A DNA stretch of 64,000 bases from assembly GCA_052437175.1 (NCBI GenBank), contig JBQVOK010000008.1, forward strand, positions 95,506-159,505, in the 5' to 3' direction. The stretch comes from Flavobacteriales bacterium (lineage in GTDB: Bacteria > Bacteroidota > Bacteroidia > CAIKAF01). The position numbers were made by a program, and so were the translations under genes. The notes beneath the pieces are model-generated. The model was not told where the DNA came from and did no database searches. It saw only the letters and a list, made by a program, of their open reading frames with translations. Numbering within the stretch: position 1 is the first letter of the stretch; every line of letters begins with the position of its first letter. This document shows, in pieces, positions 38,877-48,394 of the stretch.

Positions 38877-40066
38877 ATCTTAATTAATTCTCCGCTGAAA
38901 ATGTAAATGGCAAAAGCCACGGCATTAAACAGTATAAAGATCGAAATATATTTTACCGCCGTAGCGGGCAGTTTACCGAAAAATACATCGCGCCCGTTTT
39001 TCTTGCAGAGGTACGTATAGTAATTGTGAATAACGGAATACAGGCCGAACAACATACCGCTCATGATATAATGCACACGAAACCCGTTCCAGAAACCCAT
39101 GAGCGTAAATGTGAAAAAAAGGGCCAGGTTCTGGCGCTGTATGGGTTTGAACATTTTTTTGGTGGTCAGCTCCTTGAACACCGGCTTAAAGAAGTAGTCG
39201 TTGAGCCAGTCGCCCAGGGTCTTGTGCCAGCGCTGCCAGAATTCCTTTGGGTTTATGGACGTAAAAGGACGATTGAAGTTATAGGGCACACGGATACCGA
39301 TCATGTGGCCGAAGCCCATGGCCAGCAGCGAATACCCTGCAAAATCGAAGAAAAGATAAAAGAGGTAGGTATACATGTATGCTGCGTGGAACAGCAGGCT
39401 GCCGTCGTTCACGAGCCGCAGCAGCAGGGCCTGGTTAATGATCTCTGCAATGATGAATTTATAGAGCAGTCCGCGTACAAAATAATCGAGCCCTTCCAGG
39501 AAAACGGGCATGCTTATGCCGGCGTACCCTTTTTGCACATCTGTGTCAAATCTCTGCAAGCGATCGATGGGGCCGATCAATAAAGTAGGCACGAATGTCG
39601 TAAAATTAAAAAAGCGCAGCGGGGATACGGTTCCCGGTGCGTCTTTTTCATCGATATACAGCTGCACTACGCGGAACGTGATGTACGAAAGTCCGGCTAC
39701 CTGCCACAACAGGGCCATAACTCCCTGCAATCCCTTCCCGTCCTCTGCGGCAGGCAGTACATTGGTCAGCTTCATCAGCACCAGGGGCAATACCAGCAGC
39801 AGCACGGGCAGCAGTAAGCCCTGTACCTTTAATTTACGGCCCAGGAAATAGTATATACCATAGGAATAGGCCAGCAGTGCCAGCAGTTGCAGTGGTTTGG
39901 GAAAAAGCACGAACAGGTAAAAGGCCGAACTGAAGGCCAGCAGCCAGCGGTAAGGAATCCATTTTGCCGGGAGAGCCTTTGCCAGCAGGAACAGCAGGAT
40001 CACCGCCGCCATATAGGTAAAGAACGGCAGGGACGTAAAAGGCAATATGTCGCTGAACGTAAACAT
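38873..40066 (-). CDS. MBOAT-family membrane O-acyltransferase (DltB/AlgI-like)
   Basis: 397 aa polytopic; MBOAT histidine region FWQRWHKTLGDWLNDYFFKP; ATGA overlap with the ligase gene. Confidence 0.85.
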   Translation of the reverse strand: MFTFSDILPFTSLPFFTYMAAVILLFLLAKALPAKWIPYRWLLAFSSAFYLFVLFPKPLQLLALLAYSYGIYYFLGRKLKVQGLLLPVLLLVLPLVLMKLTNVLPAAEDGKGLQGVMALLWQVAGLSYITFRVVQLYIDEKDAPGTVSPLRFFNFTTFVPTLLIGPIDRLQRFDTDVQKGYAGISMPVFLEGLDYFVRGLLYKFIIAEIINQALLLRLVNDGSLLFHAAYMYTYLFYLFFDFAGYSLLAMGFGHMIGIRVPYNFNRPFTSINPKEFWQRWHKTLGDWLNDYFFKPVFKELTTKKMFKPIQRQNLALFFTFTLMGFWNGFRVHYIMSGMLFGLYSVIHNYYTYLCKKNGRDVFFGKLPATAVKYISIFILFNAVAFAIYIFSGELIKI

Positions 40067-40215
40067 CAGAACTGCTGGTATACAAAATCGACCTTAGATC
40101 CGGAAGCCCCGTCCCTTTTGAATATCCTCATTTCGTATATAAATACGTAACCCAGCAGCAGCAGGGCATACACAATGGTATTGCGGAATATGCGGTTCTT
40201 CAGGATATTTTTCAT
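40066..40215 (-). CDS. Unannotated 49-aa single-TM ORF (DltX-like), translationally coupled on both sides
   Basis: Hand-translated MKNILKNRIFRNTIVYALLLLGYVFIYEMRIFKRDGASGSKVDFVYQQF; its ATG overlaps the TGA of the DltD-like gene (ATGA), and its TGA overlaps the ATG of the MBOAT gene. Confidence 0.45.
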   Translation of the reverse strand: MKNILKNRIFRNTIVYALLLLGYVFIYEMRIFKRDGASGSKVDFVYQQF

Positions 40216-41396
40216 GGATAGCTTGTTTTTAAGAAACGGCTGATCTTGAGCCAGCCGTAATCGCCCAGGTGCATGATATCGCGCAGGGTGCCGGGTTCGT
40301 AGTCTTTTTTGTCGCTTACGAACATATTAAAGCAGGGATAGCCTTTGCTGCGGATGCGTTCTTCGAGCAGGGCAATGATCTCGTTGTATTTTTCAAGGTC
40401 GTGGTAGTAATAGGGATTCAGGGGTTGTATCACAAAACTGGCGCGGACATTACGGCTTTCGAGCAGGTTCAGCAGCAGCATAAAATCGGCCAGTTCCCGG
40501 TTGGTAGCCGGCGGGTCCGGCTCAATGGCCTTCGCCTTGCGCGGAACACCCTGCTCATCCAGCAGGTATTTGCTGTAGTACGCGTTGCCCACATACAGTT
40601 CATTATTCGTAACAGCGTGTACAAAGGTGTCCTGCAGTTGTTTGAGGCGTTTGTCCCAATCGATATGGATCTCCGGCCTTGACGGAATATCCGCCGTTTT
40701 CACCTCGTACTTTACCCCCTGCAATGTGCTTCCCCAGGATTCCACAAAAGAATGATAGAGCGGAATATGGCGGCTGCGGTACAGGGCACTAAAATAACTG
40801 AGCGTAGGCCCGGGGTCCTCTATCTCGCTGCGGTGCTCGTATACAAAGCGGGCTACTTCCATGCGGGCTTCTGGCTGCAACCGCGGGTTGGTGGCAATGG
40901 AACGCAGAAAGGCCGGACGTACGAACTCCAGGAAAGCCTGGGTATGGGTGCCCTGGGTATCGAACCAGCCCGGACTGATGACAAAACAGATGCGTGAGCT
41001 GTCGAGGAACTCTTCCATGGCCAGCAGTTCGCAATACATGCTGAAGGACTGGTGATAGGCATGTCCGTAACCTATGGCAGGCATATTGAGACTGTCCGAC
41101 AGAAAAAAGTAAGAAGAATAGCGGTCGCTGCCGAGCTCCGAAGAACCCATGATGGTGAGCACCCGTGGGTTTTTAAGGGCTGCGGCCAGTTCCAGCTCAT
41201 CCTGCGGGCCGGCCACACAATTGGAAAAATTACCCCGCACGCGCTGCTGGGTACCCGAAATGATCTCATCCTGCACAGGGCTGCCGCAGCTGCGTACATA
41301 CAGCGTGAACAGGGCCATAAAAAGCCCCGTGACACATACACCTATACAGAGAGGAAGCAGGTGAAACCGGAACAGATCACCTATGTGTTTTTTCAT
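40212..41396 (-). CDS. DltD-like membrane-anchored SGNH-type protein
   Basis: 394 aa, N-terminal TM anchor (LLPLCIGVCVTGLFMALFTLYV), periplasmic domain with a GSSELGS motif; position between the carrier protein and MBOAT matches dlt operon organisation. Confidence 0.55.
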   Translation of the reverse strand: MKKHIGDLFRFHLLPLCIGVCVTGLFMALFTLYVRSCGSPVQDEIISGTQQRVRGNFSNCVAGPQDELELAAALKNPRVLTIMGSSELGSDRYSSYFFLSDSLNMPAIGYGHAYHQSFSMYCELLAMEEFLDSSRICFVISPGWFDTQGTHTQAFLEFVRPAFLRSIATNPRLQPEARMEVARFVYEHRSEIEDPGPTLSYFSALYRSRHIPLYHSFVESWGSTLQGVKYEVKTADIPSRPEIHIDWDKRLKQLQDTFVHAVTNNELYVGNAYYSKYLLDEQGVPRKAKAIEPDPPATNRELADFMLLLNLLESRNVRASFVIQPLNPYYYHDLEKYNEIIALLEERIRSKGYPCFNMFVSDKKDYEPGTLRDIMHLGDYGWLKISRFLKTSYP

Positions 41397-41614
41397 TTTT
41401 TAGCGGCGATGTATTGCGTAATAAGCTCCACCGTTTCAAAATGTTCCACCGTGATCTCGTTGAACGGCACCTTGATACCGTATTCATTTTCGATCTCCAC
41501 GGCCAGCTCCACGATGGTGATGGAATCGAGTATCCTCGACGACCAGAGGGGATCGTTCTTTCCCACCTTTGCAAATGCGATCTCGTGGATCTTGCTGATC
41601 AGAAATTCTTCCAT
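41393..41614 (-). CDS. Acyl/D-alanyl carrier protein
   Basis: 73 aa; phosphopantetheine attachment motif LDSITIVELAVEIE (DS[IL] serine). Confidence 0.8.
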   Translation of the reverse strand: MEEFLISKIHEIAFAKVGKNDPLWSSRILDSITIVELAVEIENEYGIKVPFNEITVEHFETVELITQYIAAKK

Positions 41615-41717
41615 AGATATCCTGCTACTTTGGCGCGAAAGTACAAATTTTTCGGGTTGAAAAGCAGTACCGGCCTCTGCATTAAAGGCTCTGTTCGCTA
41701 TAGTCGCGTTTTTTGTC

Positions 41718-41725
41718 TACTTTTG
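41718..41725 (+). promoter_or_regulatory. Bacteroidetes-type -7 promoter element TAnnTTTG (TACTTTTG) upstream of der
   Basis: TACTTTTGCGG 9 nt upstream of the der ATG; the identical 11-mer recurs at 49415. Confidence 0.3.
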
Positions 41726-41733
41726 CGGTTGAA

Positions 41734-43038
41734 ATGAGTACGATAGTAGCCATAGTCGGCAGACCCAACGTAGGTAAAAGCACCTTATTCAACCGGCTTA
41801 CCGAAAGCCGCGAAGCCATCGTGGACCCCAGCAGCGGTACCACGCGTGACCGTCATTACGGCAAATGTGAATGGGGCGGACGGGAATTTACCGTGATCGA
41901 CACCGGCGGATACATCAGCGGAAGCGACGATGTATTCGAAAGCGAGATCAACAAACAGGTAAAAATGGCCGTGGACGAATGCGATGTGGTTATTTTCATG
42001 ACCGATGTGACCACCGGTACCACCCATCCCGACCTGGCCGTGGCCGATATGCTGCGCAAGTCGAAAAAGCCCGTGTTCATCGTGGTGAACAAAGTGGACA
42101 ATTCGATGCGCGAGAACGACGTACACGAATTCTACGGACTGGGTTTCGGAGAGATCTTTGCTGTTTCCGCACAAAGCGGTTCCGGCACCGGCGAACTGCT
42201 CGATGAGATCATTAAGCATATTAAACCCGAAGAGGAACAGGAAGAGGACGTACTGCCCAAACTGGCCGTTGTTGGCCGCCCCAATGTGGGAAAATCGTCC
42301 TTTATCAATTCCCTGCTCGAGGAAGACCGCAATATCGTAACCCCCGTGGCAGGTACCACGCGGGATACCATCCATACCCGTTTCAATAAGTTCGGTTTCG
42401 ATTTCTGGGTACTGGATACCGCCGGCCTCCGCAAAAAATCGAAGGTTACCGAAAATATTGAATTTTACAGCGTACTACGCACCATACGTGCCATAGAGGA
42501 ATGCGATGTGGCCATCCTGATGCTGGATGCCACCCAGGGCCTCGAAAGCCAGGACCTGAACATTATACACCTGGTGGAAAAGAACCACAAGGGCCTGGTA
42601 GTGGTGGTGAACAAGTGGGACCTGGTAGCCAAGGAAACCAATACGGCCAAGGCTTTTGAAGAAAGAATATACGAAAAAACGGCTCCGTTCCGCGACTTTC
42701 CCATCATATTTACGTCCGTACTGAACAAACAGCGCGTACTGAAAGCCCTGGAAGCCGCCATGGAAGTTACGGCCAACCGTCAGCGCCGCATTAAAACGGC
42801 CGAACTGAACGAGTTCTTCCAGCCCCTGCTCGACGAGTTCCCGCCACCGGCCATCAAAGGCAAATACATTAAGATCAAGTATGTAACGCAGTTACCGGGC
42901 CACTACCCTACGTTTGCGTTCTTCTGTAACCTGCCGCAGTACGTAAAAGATCCGTACCGCCGTTTCCTGGAAAATAAACTCCGCGAAAACTTTAATTTTC
43001 ACGGGGCGCCTATCCGCATTTTCTTCCGTCAGAAATAA
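41734..43038 (+). CDS. der: Ribosome-biogenesis GTPase Der (EngA), two G-domains plus a KH-like domain
   Basis: [19 protein letters not shown] (G1) and a second [19 protein letters not shown]; start at the internal ATG at 41734. Confidence 0.95.
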   Translation: MSTIVAIVGRPNVGKSTLFNRLTESREAIVDPSSGTTRDRHYGKCEWGGREFTVIDTGGYISGSDDVFESEINKQVKMAVDECDVVIFMTDVTTGTTHPDLAVADMLRKSKKPVFIVVNKVDNSMRENDVHEFYGLGFGEIFAVSAQSGSGTGELLDEIIKHIKPEEEQEEDVLPKLAVVGRPNVGKSSFINSLLEEDRNIVTPVAGTTRDTIHTRFNKFGFDFWVLDTAGLRKKSKVTENIEFYSVLRTIRAIEECDVAILMLDATQGLESQDLNIIHLVEKNHKGLVVVVNKWDLVAKETNTAKAFEERIYEKTAPFRDFPIIFTSVLNKQRVLKALEAAMEVTANRQRRIKTAELNEFFQPLLDEFPPPAIKGKYIKIKYVTQLPGHYPTFAFFCNLPQYVKDPYRRFLENKLRENFNFHGAPIRIFFRQK

Positions 43039-43040
43039 GA

Positions 43041-43625
43041 TCAGCGGAACAGGGTCTCCAGTTCGGCCTGCATGCTGAGGGTCTTATCGGCGATATACCA
43101 GCGCTGTATGCCTTCGACCATCGTGTCCTTGCTGAATGCAGCTTCTTTCATGCGCATCATTTCGGCCTGTGCCACTGCCGGACGCGGGCCCCAGGTAAAC
43201 AGGTCCGCTCCCGTTTCCGCATCCATTACGATCATTTTCGGGATACTGCGGCCGCCATTGGTCAGGTAACGTTCCATCAGTTCCGGGTGTTCGTCACGGA
43301 ATACATAACGGATGTCTATATGTTTATTGGGCGAAAGCGCTTTCTCGATCACGGGAATGTTCTGCGCCGCATCACCACACCAGAACTCCGTTATGATAAG
43401 TATACGAACATTACGTTCCCAGGCCTGTATCTTCTGCTGCAGCGAGGGAATAATTTCCGTGTGTTTCGTTAAACGCTGCATGCGCTGCAGGTTCAGCAGG
43501 GTATAGTGCACCATGAACTCACTCTGGTCGGGGCCGCTGGTACGTTTTTCTGCCACGGCCTTTTCAAAGACATTCATATATTCTCCGAAAGAAAGTCCCT
43601 GTTCGTAATATGCTTTATTTTCCAT
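43041..43625 (-). CDS. Thioredoxin-fold family protein
   Basis: EFWCGDAAQNIP thioredoxin-like CxxA/C region; start set at the internal ATG at 43625 (MENKAYYEQ...). Confidence 0.5.
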   Translation of the reverse strand: MENKAYYEQGLSFGEYMNVFEKAVAEKRTSGPDQSEFMVHYTLLNLQRMQRLTKHTEIIPSLQQKIQAWERNVRILIITEFWCGDAAQNIPVIEKALSPNKHIDIRYVFRDEHPELMERYLTNGGRSIPKMIVMDAETGADLFTWGPRPAVAQAEMMRMKEAAFSKDTMVEGIQRWYIADKTLSMQAELETLFR

Positions 43626-43738
43626 ACCCCAAAAATGCACATTCCGCGTATAATAAAACGTAACCATAGTTACATAATGCATTTGCATTAGGCTTATGTA
43701 TAGCAGGGCCTTGTAATTTAGTGCCATAAAAGAGCCGT

Positions 43739-44881
43739 ATGAAAACACTTACATACCCTATTATACTTCTGCTCATTGGCAGCAGCATCCTCCTCTCCTC
43801 CTGCAAAAAAGAAGATCCCCAGCCACCCGGCAACCCAACACCCGGCAGCAGCGATACCCTCAGCGGGGCCTGGGAACGCTTCAGCCCAAACCTGTACGGG
43901 CAGGGCAACATACAGCGCCTGTTCGAGGTAAACGGCGGTATTCTGTGCGAAATGCAGGCCCAGAGCAGCAATCATCCTTCCACGTTCAGCCTGTTCAACG
44001 GATCGGCACTGTCGCAGCTGTTCGCTATCCCCGGCAACGACCAAACGATCTCCACCATTCAGCTGGGCAGCGGCGAGCTATATACTGTTGCCGACCATAC
44101 CACAAGCACGGGTGGCTTTGGCGCTACCTACAACTATGCGTACGTCCTTTACCGCGTAGGGCTTAACGGAGGATCGGCCTTATGCAGTATACCCAACCCT
44201 GCCAATGCTTCGCTGCATGGTTTCCGTCTCTGGATACAGGACGGCCAGGTGTATGCCGGTGGCAGCACGGGTTTTGCGTCTGCAAGCGATCAGCGCCTGC
44301 AGGTATTCCGTCTGCAGAACGATTCCATGCACAAAGTGCTGGACCAGCCCGTTACCCGCCCGGCCAGTGTAATACCGGCAGCAAACGGGGCCTATTTTAT
44401 TTCGTATGCACTCAACAACGGTTCCTATTCCGATATAGGAGTACAAAAATATGCCGGTACTCAGCTGCAAACCCTGTACAGTAATGTACAGAGCAATGCA
44501 GAGCCGGTAGTGGCTGGCAATACACTCTATTTTTACGAGATACAGCCGGGCAGCGACCCTGCCGGCACCTACGTACGCCTTACAAGCCAGGGTAGCAGCG
44601 CGGTATACTATCTTTCGAAAGGCACTGCCTATACCAAGTTCTTCCGCAATACGCACGATGCACTATACAGTTCGGTGGCTTATGCCAATCATGCGCAGGA
44701 CAATAATTTTGTGATTTTCCGTAGCAACGGGCAGCTGGATATACTACCCCAGAAAATAAAAGATCTGCCCCAGCACGAGCAGCTGTACATGCAGGTAAGC
44801 GATTTCTGGGAAAGCCCCTCCTATTATTACCGGGTCAGTACCAATGGCGGACAGCAGTACCTGTTCCGTCTGCCTAAATAA
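43739..44881 (+). CDS. Lipoprotein of unknown function (beta-rich)
   Basis: Lipobox LLSSC after the signal peptide MKTLTYPIILLLIGSSILLSSC. Confidence 0.55.
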   Translation: MKTLTYPIILLLIGSSILLSSCKKEDPQPPGNPTPGSSDTLSGAWERFSPNLYGQGNIQRLFEVNGGILCEMQAQSSNHPSTFSLFNGSALSQLFAIPGNDQTISTIQLGSGELYTVADHTTSTGGFGATYNYAYVLYRVGLNGGSALCSIPNPANASLHGFRLWIQDGQVYAGGSTGFASASDQRLQVFRLQNDSMHKVLDQPVTRPASVIPAANGAYFISYALNNGSYSDIGVQKYAGTQLQTLYSNVQSNAEPVVAGNTLYFYEIQPGSDPAGTYVRLTSQGSSAVYYLSKGTAYTKFFRNTHDALYSSVAYANHAQDNNFVIFRSNGQLDILPQKIKDLPQHEQLYMQVSDFWESPSYYYRVSTNGGQQYLFRLPK

Positions 44882-45287
44882 GTCCCATGCGCTGTTTCCA
44901 GGCTTCAAAAAAGTCGGGGGCTGAGAGCTGCAGTTCACCTGCTTTGGAAAGGAATACCTGGGTACTTTCGGCTTCCATTACCTCTTCGTTCTGTGCGTTC
45001 AGTATACGGTAGCGGAGTATGAGTTTGGCTGCGTCGCAGGGCACATAGCAGGTTTCGATGGTAAAATGCTCTTCGTATTTCAGCGGACGTTTGTATTTCA
45101 TTTTCAGGTCTACAACGGGTACGGCAAAACCTTCGGTATGGTACATGCCCATGTAGGTGAGCCCGTATTTGCGGCCCCAGGCTTCGCGGCCGTCCTCGAG
45201 GTATTTTACATAATGCCCGTGCCATACGATGCCCAATGCATCCACCTCGTCAAAGCGTACCCGTTGTGTATAATTTTCTTTCAGCAT
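44874..45287 (-). CDS. Hotdog-fold acyl-CoA thioesterase (YbgC/4HBT family)
   Basis: MLKENYTQRVRFDEVDALGIVWHGHYVKYLE..., a 4HBT thioesterase pattern; start at the internal ATG at 45287, 4 nt after the upstream stop. Confidence 0.8.
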   Translation of the reverse strand: MLKENYTQRVRFDEVDALGIVWHGHYVKYLEDGREAWGRKYGLTYMGMYHTEGFAVPVVDLKMKYKRPLKYEEHFTIETCYVPCDAAKLILRYRILNAQNEEVMEAESTQVFLSKAGELQLSAPDFFEAWKQRMGLI

Positions 45288-45291
45288 AGAT

Positions 45292-46563
45292 TCATCGGTA
45301 TTTGAATGCGGCGGCAAAACGTGCGGCCAGCAGCAGTACAAGGGCAAAAAGGGTAAGTTTGAGCAACTGGGGCCATACCAGGGCCAGGTCGGCTTCCCGC
45401 AGGAAAACATCGTAAAAGGCATTCAGCGCCCAGTTGAGCGGCGAAAGGCTGCCCAGGGTCTTAACCACAGGAGGCATTACAAAGGAAGGCACCCAGATAC
45501 CGCCCACGGCAGCCATAATGAGCACAGAAATGGAGCCGAAAGAGGCCGCCTGTTCATGCGTGCGGGCCAGGGTACCGATAAACAGTCCATAGGCCGTTGC
45601 CGCCAGCGCACAGGTAAGGGCCACGATGAGCAGGGTGAACACATTATGCCCGATGACCAGCACGGGCAGGCCCAGCATGGGTAGCCAGACCAGGCCGGTG
45701 GAAAGCATCAGGGCAAACTGCAGCATGCAGATGAGCATATAGGCCGATATCTTGCCGAACACGCTCAGGTCAAAAGAACCCGGTATCACCCGCAGGCGGC
45801 GTTCAATACCATTGTCTTTCTCACGCACGATATTGGTACCGAGAGGAATAACAATAAAAAACATGGCAAAAATGGTCCAGGCCGGCACGTTATGCTGTAC
45901 GCTGTTGGGTTTAATGAGGCTGTTCTCGCCCGTAGAATATTCCGTGCTGAAATCTACCCCGGTAACATCGGCGCTGATCTGCACCCTGCCGGCACCGGGA
46001 ATAAATTCGGCGATACGGGCCGAAAAAGCATCCACCAGCAAGCCGGTCTGTATGGCATTGATATTGCGCTCCATGGCAATTTCTACCGAAGCCTTGTAGG
46101 ATGAAGGCACAGCCGGATCGAACACCAGTTGTATCGTTTTTCGTACAGTATCAGCGCCTTGTTTTTTGGCCGTACCCAGTACCGAAGCCAGTACATTGCC
46201 GGCATTAGTACGGATCTGTTCACTGACTCCCTCCGGGATGATCATGCCCATTTTATAGCTGCCGTCGGAAGTGAGGCGGTATACGTCGTTCTCGCTCAGT
46301 TCGGCATTGTTCAGGGTATATATGGGTTCCAGGAACCCGGATGCATCAAAACCCCGGCGCAGCTGCTGTCCCAGGGTATCCCGGTCCAGGTCGCACACCA
46401 GTATCTGCTGCCGGGTCTCGCGCTGGGCGTTCAGCGCCGAATCCTGTATCAGGGTGATCAGGAATACCATAACGCCGGGCAGCACAAAGAGTATACCCAG
46501 TCCGGCAGGGTCGCGCAGCAGCAGCAATAATTCCTTTTTCCAGGCTTCGTAAAATCTTCTCAT
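45292..46563 (-). CDS. ABC-2 family transporter permease with a large extracytoplasmic loop
   Basis: 423 aa; N-terminal TM, periplasmic domain of about 200 aa, then 5 TM helices (ABC-2/YhhJ-like topology). Confidence 0.8.
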   Translation of the reverse strand: MRRFYEAWKKELLLLLRDPAGLGILFVLPGVMVFLITLIQDSALNAQRETRQQILVCDLDRDTLGQQLRRGFDASGFLEPIYTLNNAELSENDVYRLTSDGSYKMGMIIPEGVSEQIRTNAGNVLASVLGTAKKQGADTVRKTIQLVFDPAVPSSYKASVEIAMERNINAIQTGLLVDAFSARIAEFIPGAGRVQISADVTGVDFSTEYSTGENSLIKPNSVQHNVPAWTIFAMFFIVIPLGTNIVREKDNGIERRLRVIPGSFDLSVFGKISAYMLICMLQFALMLSTGLVWLPMLGLPVLVIGHNVFTLLIVALTCALAATAYGLFIGTLARTHEQAASFGSISVLIMAAVGGIWVPSFVMPPVVKTLGSLSPLNWALNAFYDVFLREADLALVWPQLLKLTLFALVLLLAARFAAAFKYR

Positions 46564-47312
46564 TCGTCGCGCAGGTCCTTTCCGGTTAATTTCAGGAACA
46601 TAGATTCCAGGGTTTCGCAGGCATGCTGCCGCATCAGTTCGGCTGGTGTACCATCGGCAATGATAACGCCGCTATCGATGATGCCTACCCGGGAACAGAG
46701 CGTTTCGGCCTCACGCATGTGGTGCGAGGTATAAAAAACGGTATGCCCGCTGCGGTTGTATTCGGCCAGGAACTCCACGATCACGTTACGGCTCTGTACG
46801 TCGATGCCTACGGTGGGCTCGTCCAGGAAAAGCAGGTCGGGACCGTGCAGGATACCTGCGATCAGGTTCACCCGGCGTTTCATACCGCCGCTATACGTTT
46901 TCAGGGGTCGGGAAGCATGTTTTTCCAGTCCGAATATGCGCAGGTAATGTTCGGTACGTTCGCGCAGTTCTTTATGCGGAATGCGGTAGGCACTGCCGAA
47001 AAAGTGCAGGTTCTCGCGGGCGCTGAGTTTATCGTACAGGGCAATATCCTGCGGTACCAGGCCGATACGGCTTTTGGAAAGTGCGTTAAAATCTGCCGGT
47101 GAAGAGCCGGTAACGCGCACCGTACCCTGTTTGTAGGGCACCAGTCCGCAGAGTATATTCATGAGCGAGGTCTTTCCTGCGCCGTTGGGGCCCAGGATGC
47201 CGTAGAATTCACCCGGCTGTACGTCCAGGTCAAGTCCGTTGAGCACGGGCTCTATTTTTCCGCGGTACGCTTTAGAGAGTCCGCGTACCTGTATGAGGGG
47301 TTCCGGAATCAT
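46560..47312 (-). CDS. ABC transporter ATP-binding protein
   Basis: Walker A GPNGAGKTS, signature YSGGMKRRV, Walker B LLFLDEPT. Confidence 0.9.
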   Translation of the reverse strand: MIPEPLIQVRGLSKAYRGKIEPVLNGLDLDVQPGEFYGILGPNGAGKTSLMNILCGLVPYKQGTVRVTGSSPADFNALSKSRIGLVPQDIALYDKLSARENLHFFGSAYRIPHKELRERTEHYLRIFGLEKHASRPLKTYSGGMKRRVNLIAGILHGPDLLFLDEPTVGIDVQSRNVIVEFLAEYNRSGHTVFYTSHHMREAETLCSRVGIIDSGVIIADGTPAELMRQHACETLESMFLKLTGKDLRDE

Positions 47313-48394
47313 ACTTTTTTATCCCATTCTTTGGCCAGGAGATACAATTCTTCGAAAAGCAGCTGTTCCTTATCGGCAATACGGTGCAGGGAGGCCGATA
47401 CGGACTGCCAGTCGCTGCCGTTATTGCTGCGGTTCTTTACCAGGCGGCTGGCCTCGTAGGCAAAGGCACGCCAGTCGTCGCCGATCCCGGTCATGCGGGT
47501 ACTGAATGCGGCAAAGCGTTCATCGCCGAAGATACGGGCACATTCCTGCAGGAAAGCCGCGTACATAAAGCGGAACCCTGCGCCGCCGGTACCGATCTCC
47601 TCCTGCATGCGCACCACCTGTCCGAGGTACTGCAGGGCTTTGCGGTCGCCCAGTTTCTGCGGCCATTTCAGCATACGATCTGCCAGGTAATGAATGCCCT
47701 TGGCCCCAAAAAATTTCAGGGGAATTTCCGTCATATCGTAGCAGGTCTTGCGCAGGCCTTTTACAATGGCCTTACGCAGGTTGATCTGTTCCGGCACGGA
47801 TACCGGCCAGTACATTTTGCCCCGGGGCGTGGCGGTACCTTTGGCAAAGCGTACGCGCTGAAAATCGCGGCGGCTGAGCGTGGTCACGGTTTCCATAACG
47901 GGGTCGCTGATATGGTACTGCTCGCCCTCGCGTGCAAAGGCCACCAGGTTATGTGCGTTGAAGTGAAAGCGGTAAGGCTCCGGGAAATAGGTAAGGTGAA
48001 ACACGCCTACCACGCAGCCCGTGGGAATTCCCTGTGCCAGGTTGGCATCGAGCTCTTCCATGGCTTTTTCGGGATTACGGTAGGTCTTTACCTTCATTTT
48101 AATGCCCAGCTTTTTAGCGGCCCGCTGGAAAATAACACCCGGGAACGGACGAAAACCCGTAACAGGAATGCCGTTGAGCTTCATAAAAGGCATGTGGGCA
48201 AAGAAAAGTCCTGAACCGATGCCGAATACCAGCGGTTCGTTTATATCGAGGCCGTGAAAACGGAAGAGGTTAGCGGTAACCCCGTTCTCGCAATGGGCCG
48301 ACTGGCGGTGATCGAATACCGGATCAGGCATGGTGGGAGTCTGGATCATCGAGCTTAAGTAACTGTTCAACAGAAATACGGAAAGAATCTGCAT
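47309..48394 (-). CDS. BtrH_N/DUF4872-type papain-fold protein (start uncertain, possibly 48331 or 48349)
   Basis: N-terminal HCENGVTANLFRFHGLDINEPLVFGIGSGLFF with Cys-His spacing typical of BtrH N-terminal domain proteins; operonic with the ABC exporter. Confidence 0.5.
   Translation of the reverse strand: MQILSVFLLNSYLSSMIQTPTMPDPVFDHRQSAHCENGVTANLFRFHGLDINEPLVFGIGSGLFFAHMPFMKLNGIPVTGFRPFPGVIFQRAAKKLGIKMKVKTYRNPEKAMEELDANLAQGIPTGCVVGVFHLTYFPEPYRFHFNAHNLVAFAREGEQYHISDPVMETVTTLSRRDFQRVRFAKGTATPRGKMYWPVSVPEQINLRKAIVKGLRKTCYDMTEIPLKFFGAKGIHYLADRMLKWPQKLGDRKALQYLGQVVRMQEEIGTGGAGFRFMYAAFLQECARIFGDERFAAFSTRMTGIGDDWRAFAYEASRLVKNRSNNGSDWQSVSASLHRIADKEQLLFEELYLLAKEWDKKV

Noticed and set aside
41052-41660. 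202-aa plus-strand ORF across the DltD-like/carrier protein genes
   Set aside because: Overlaps two translationally coupled minus-strand genes with clear motifs. No independent support.
47384-48214. 276-aa plus-strand ORF opposite the BtrH-like gene
   Set aside because: Antisense to an operonic gene with overlapping stop/start coupling. No motifs.
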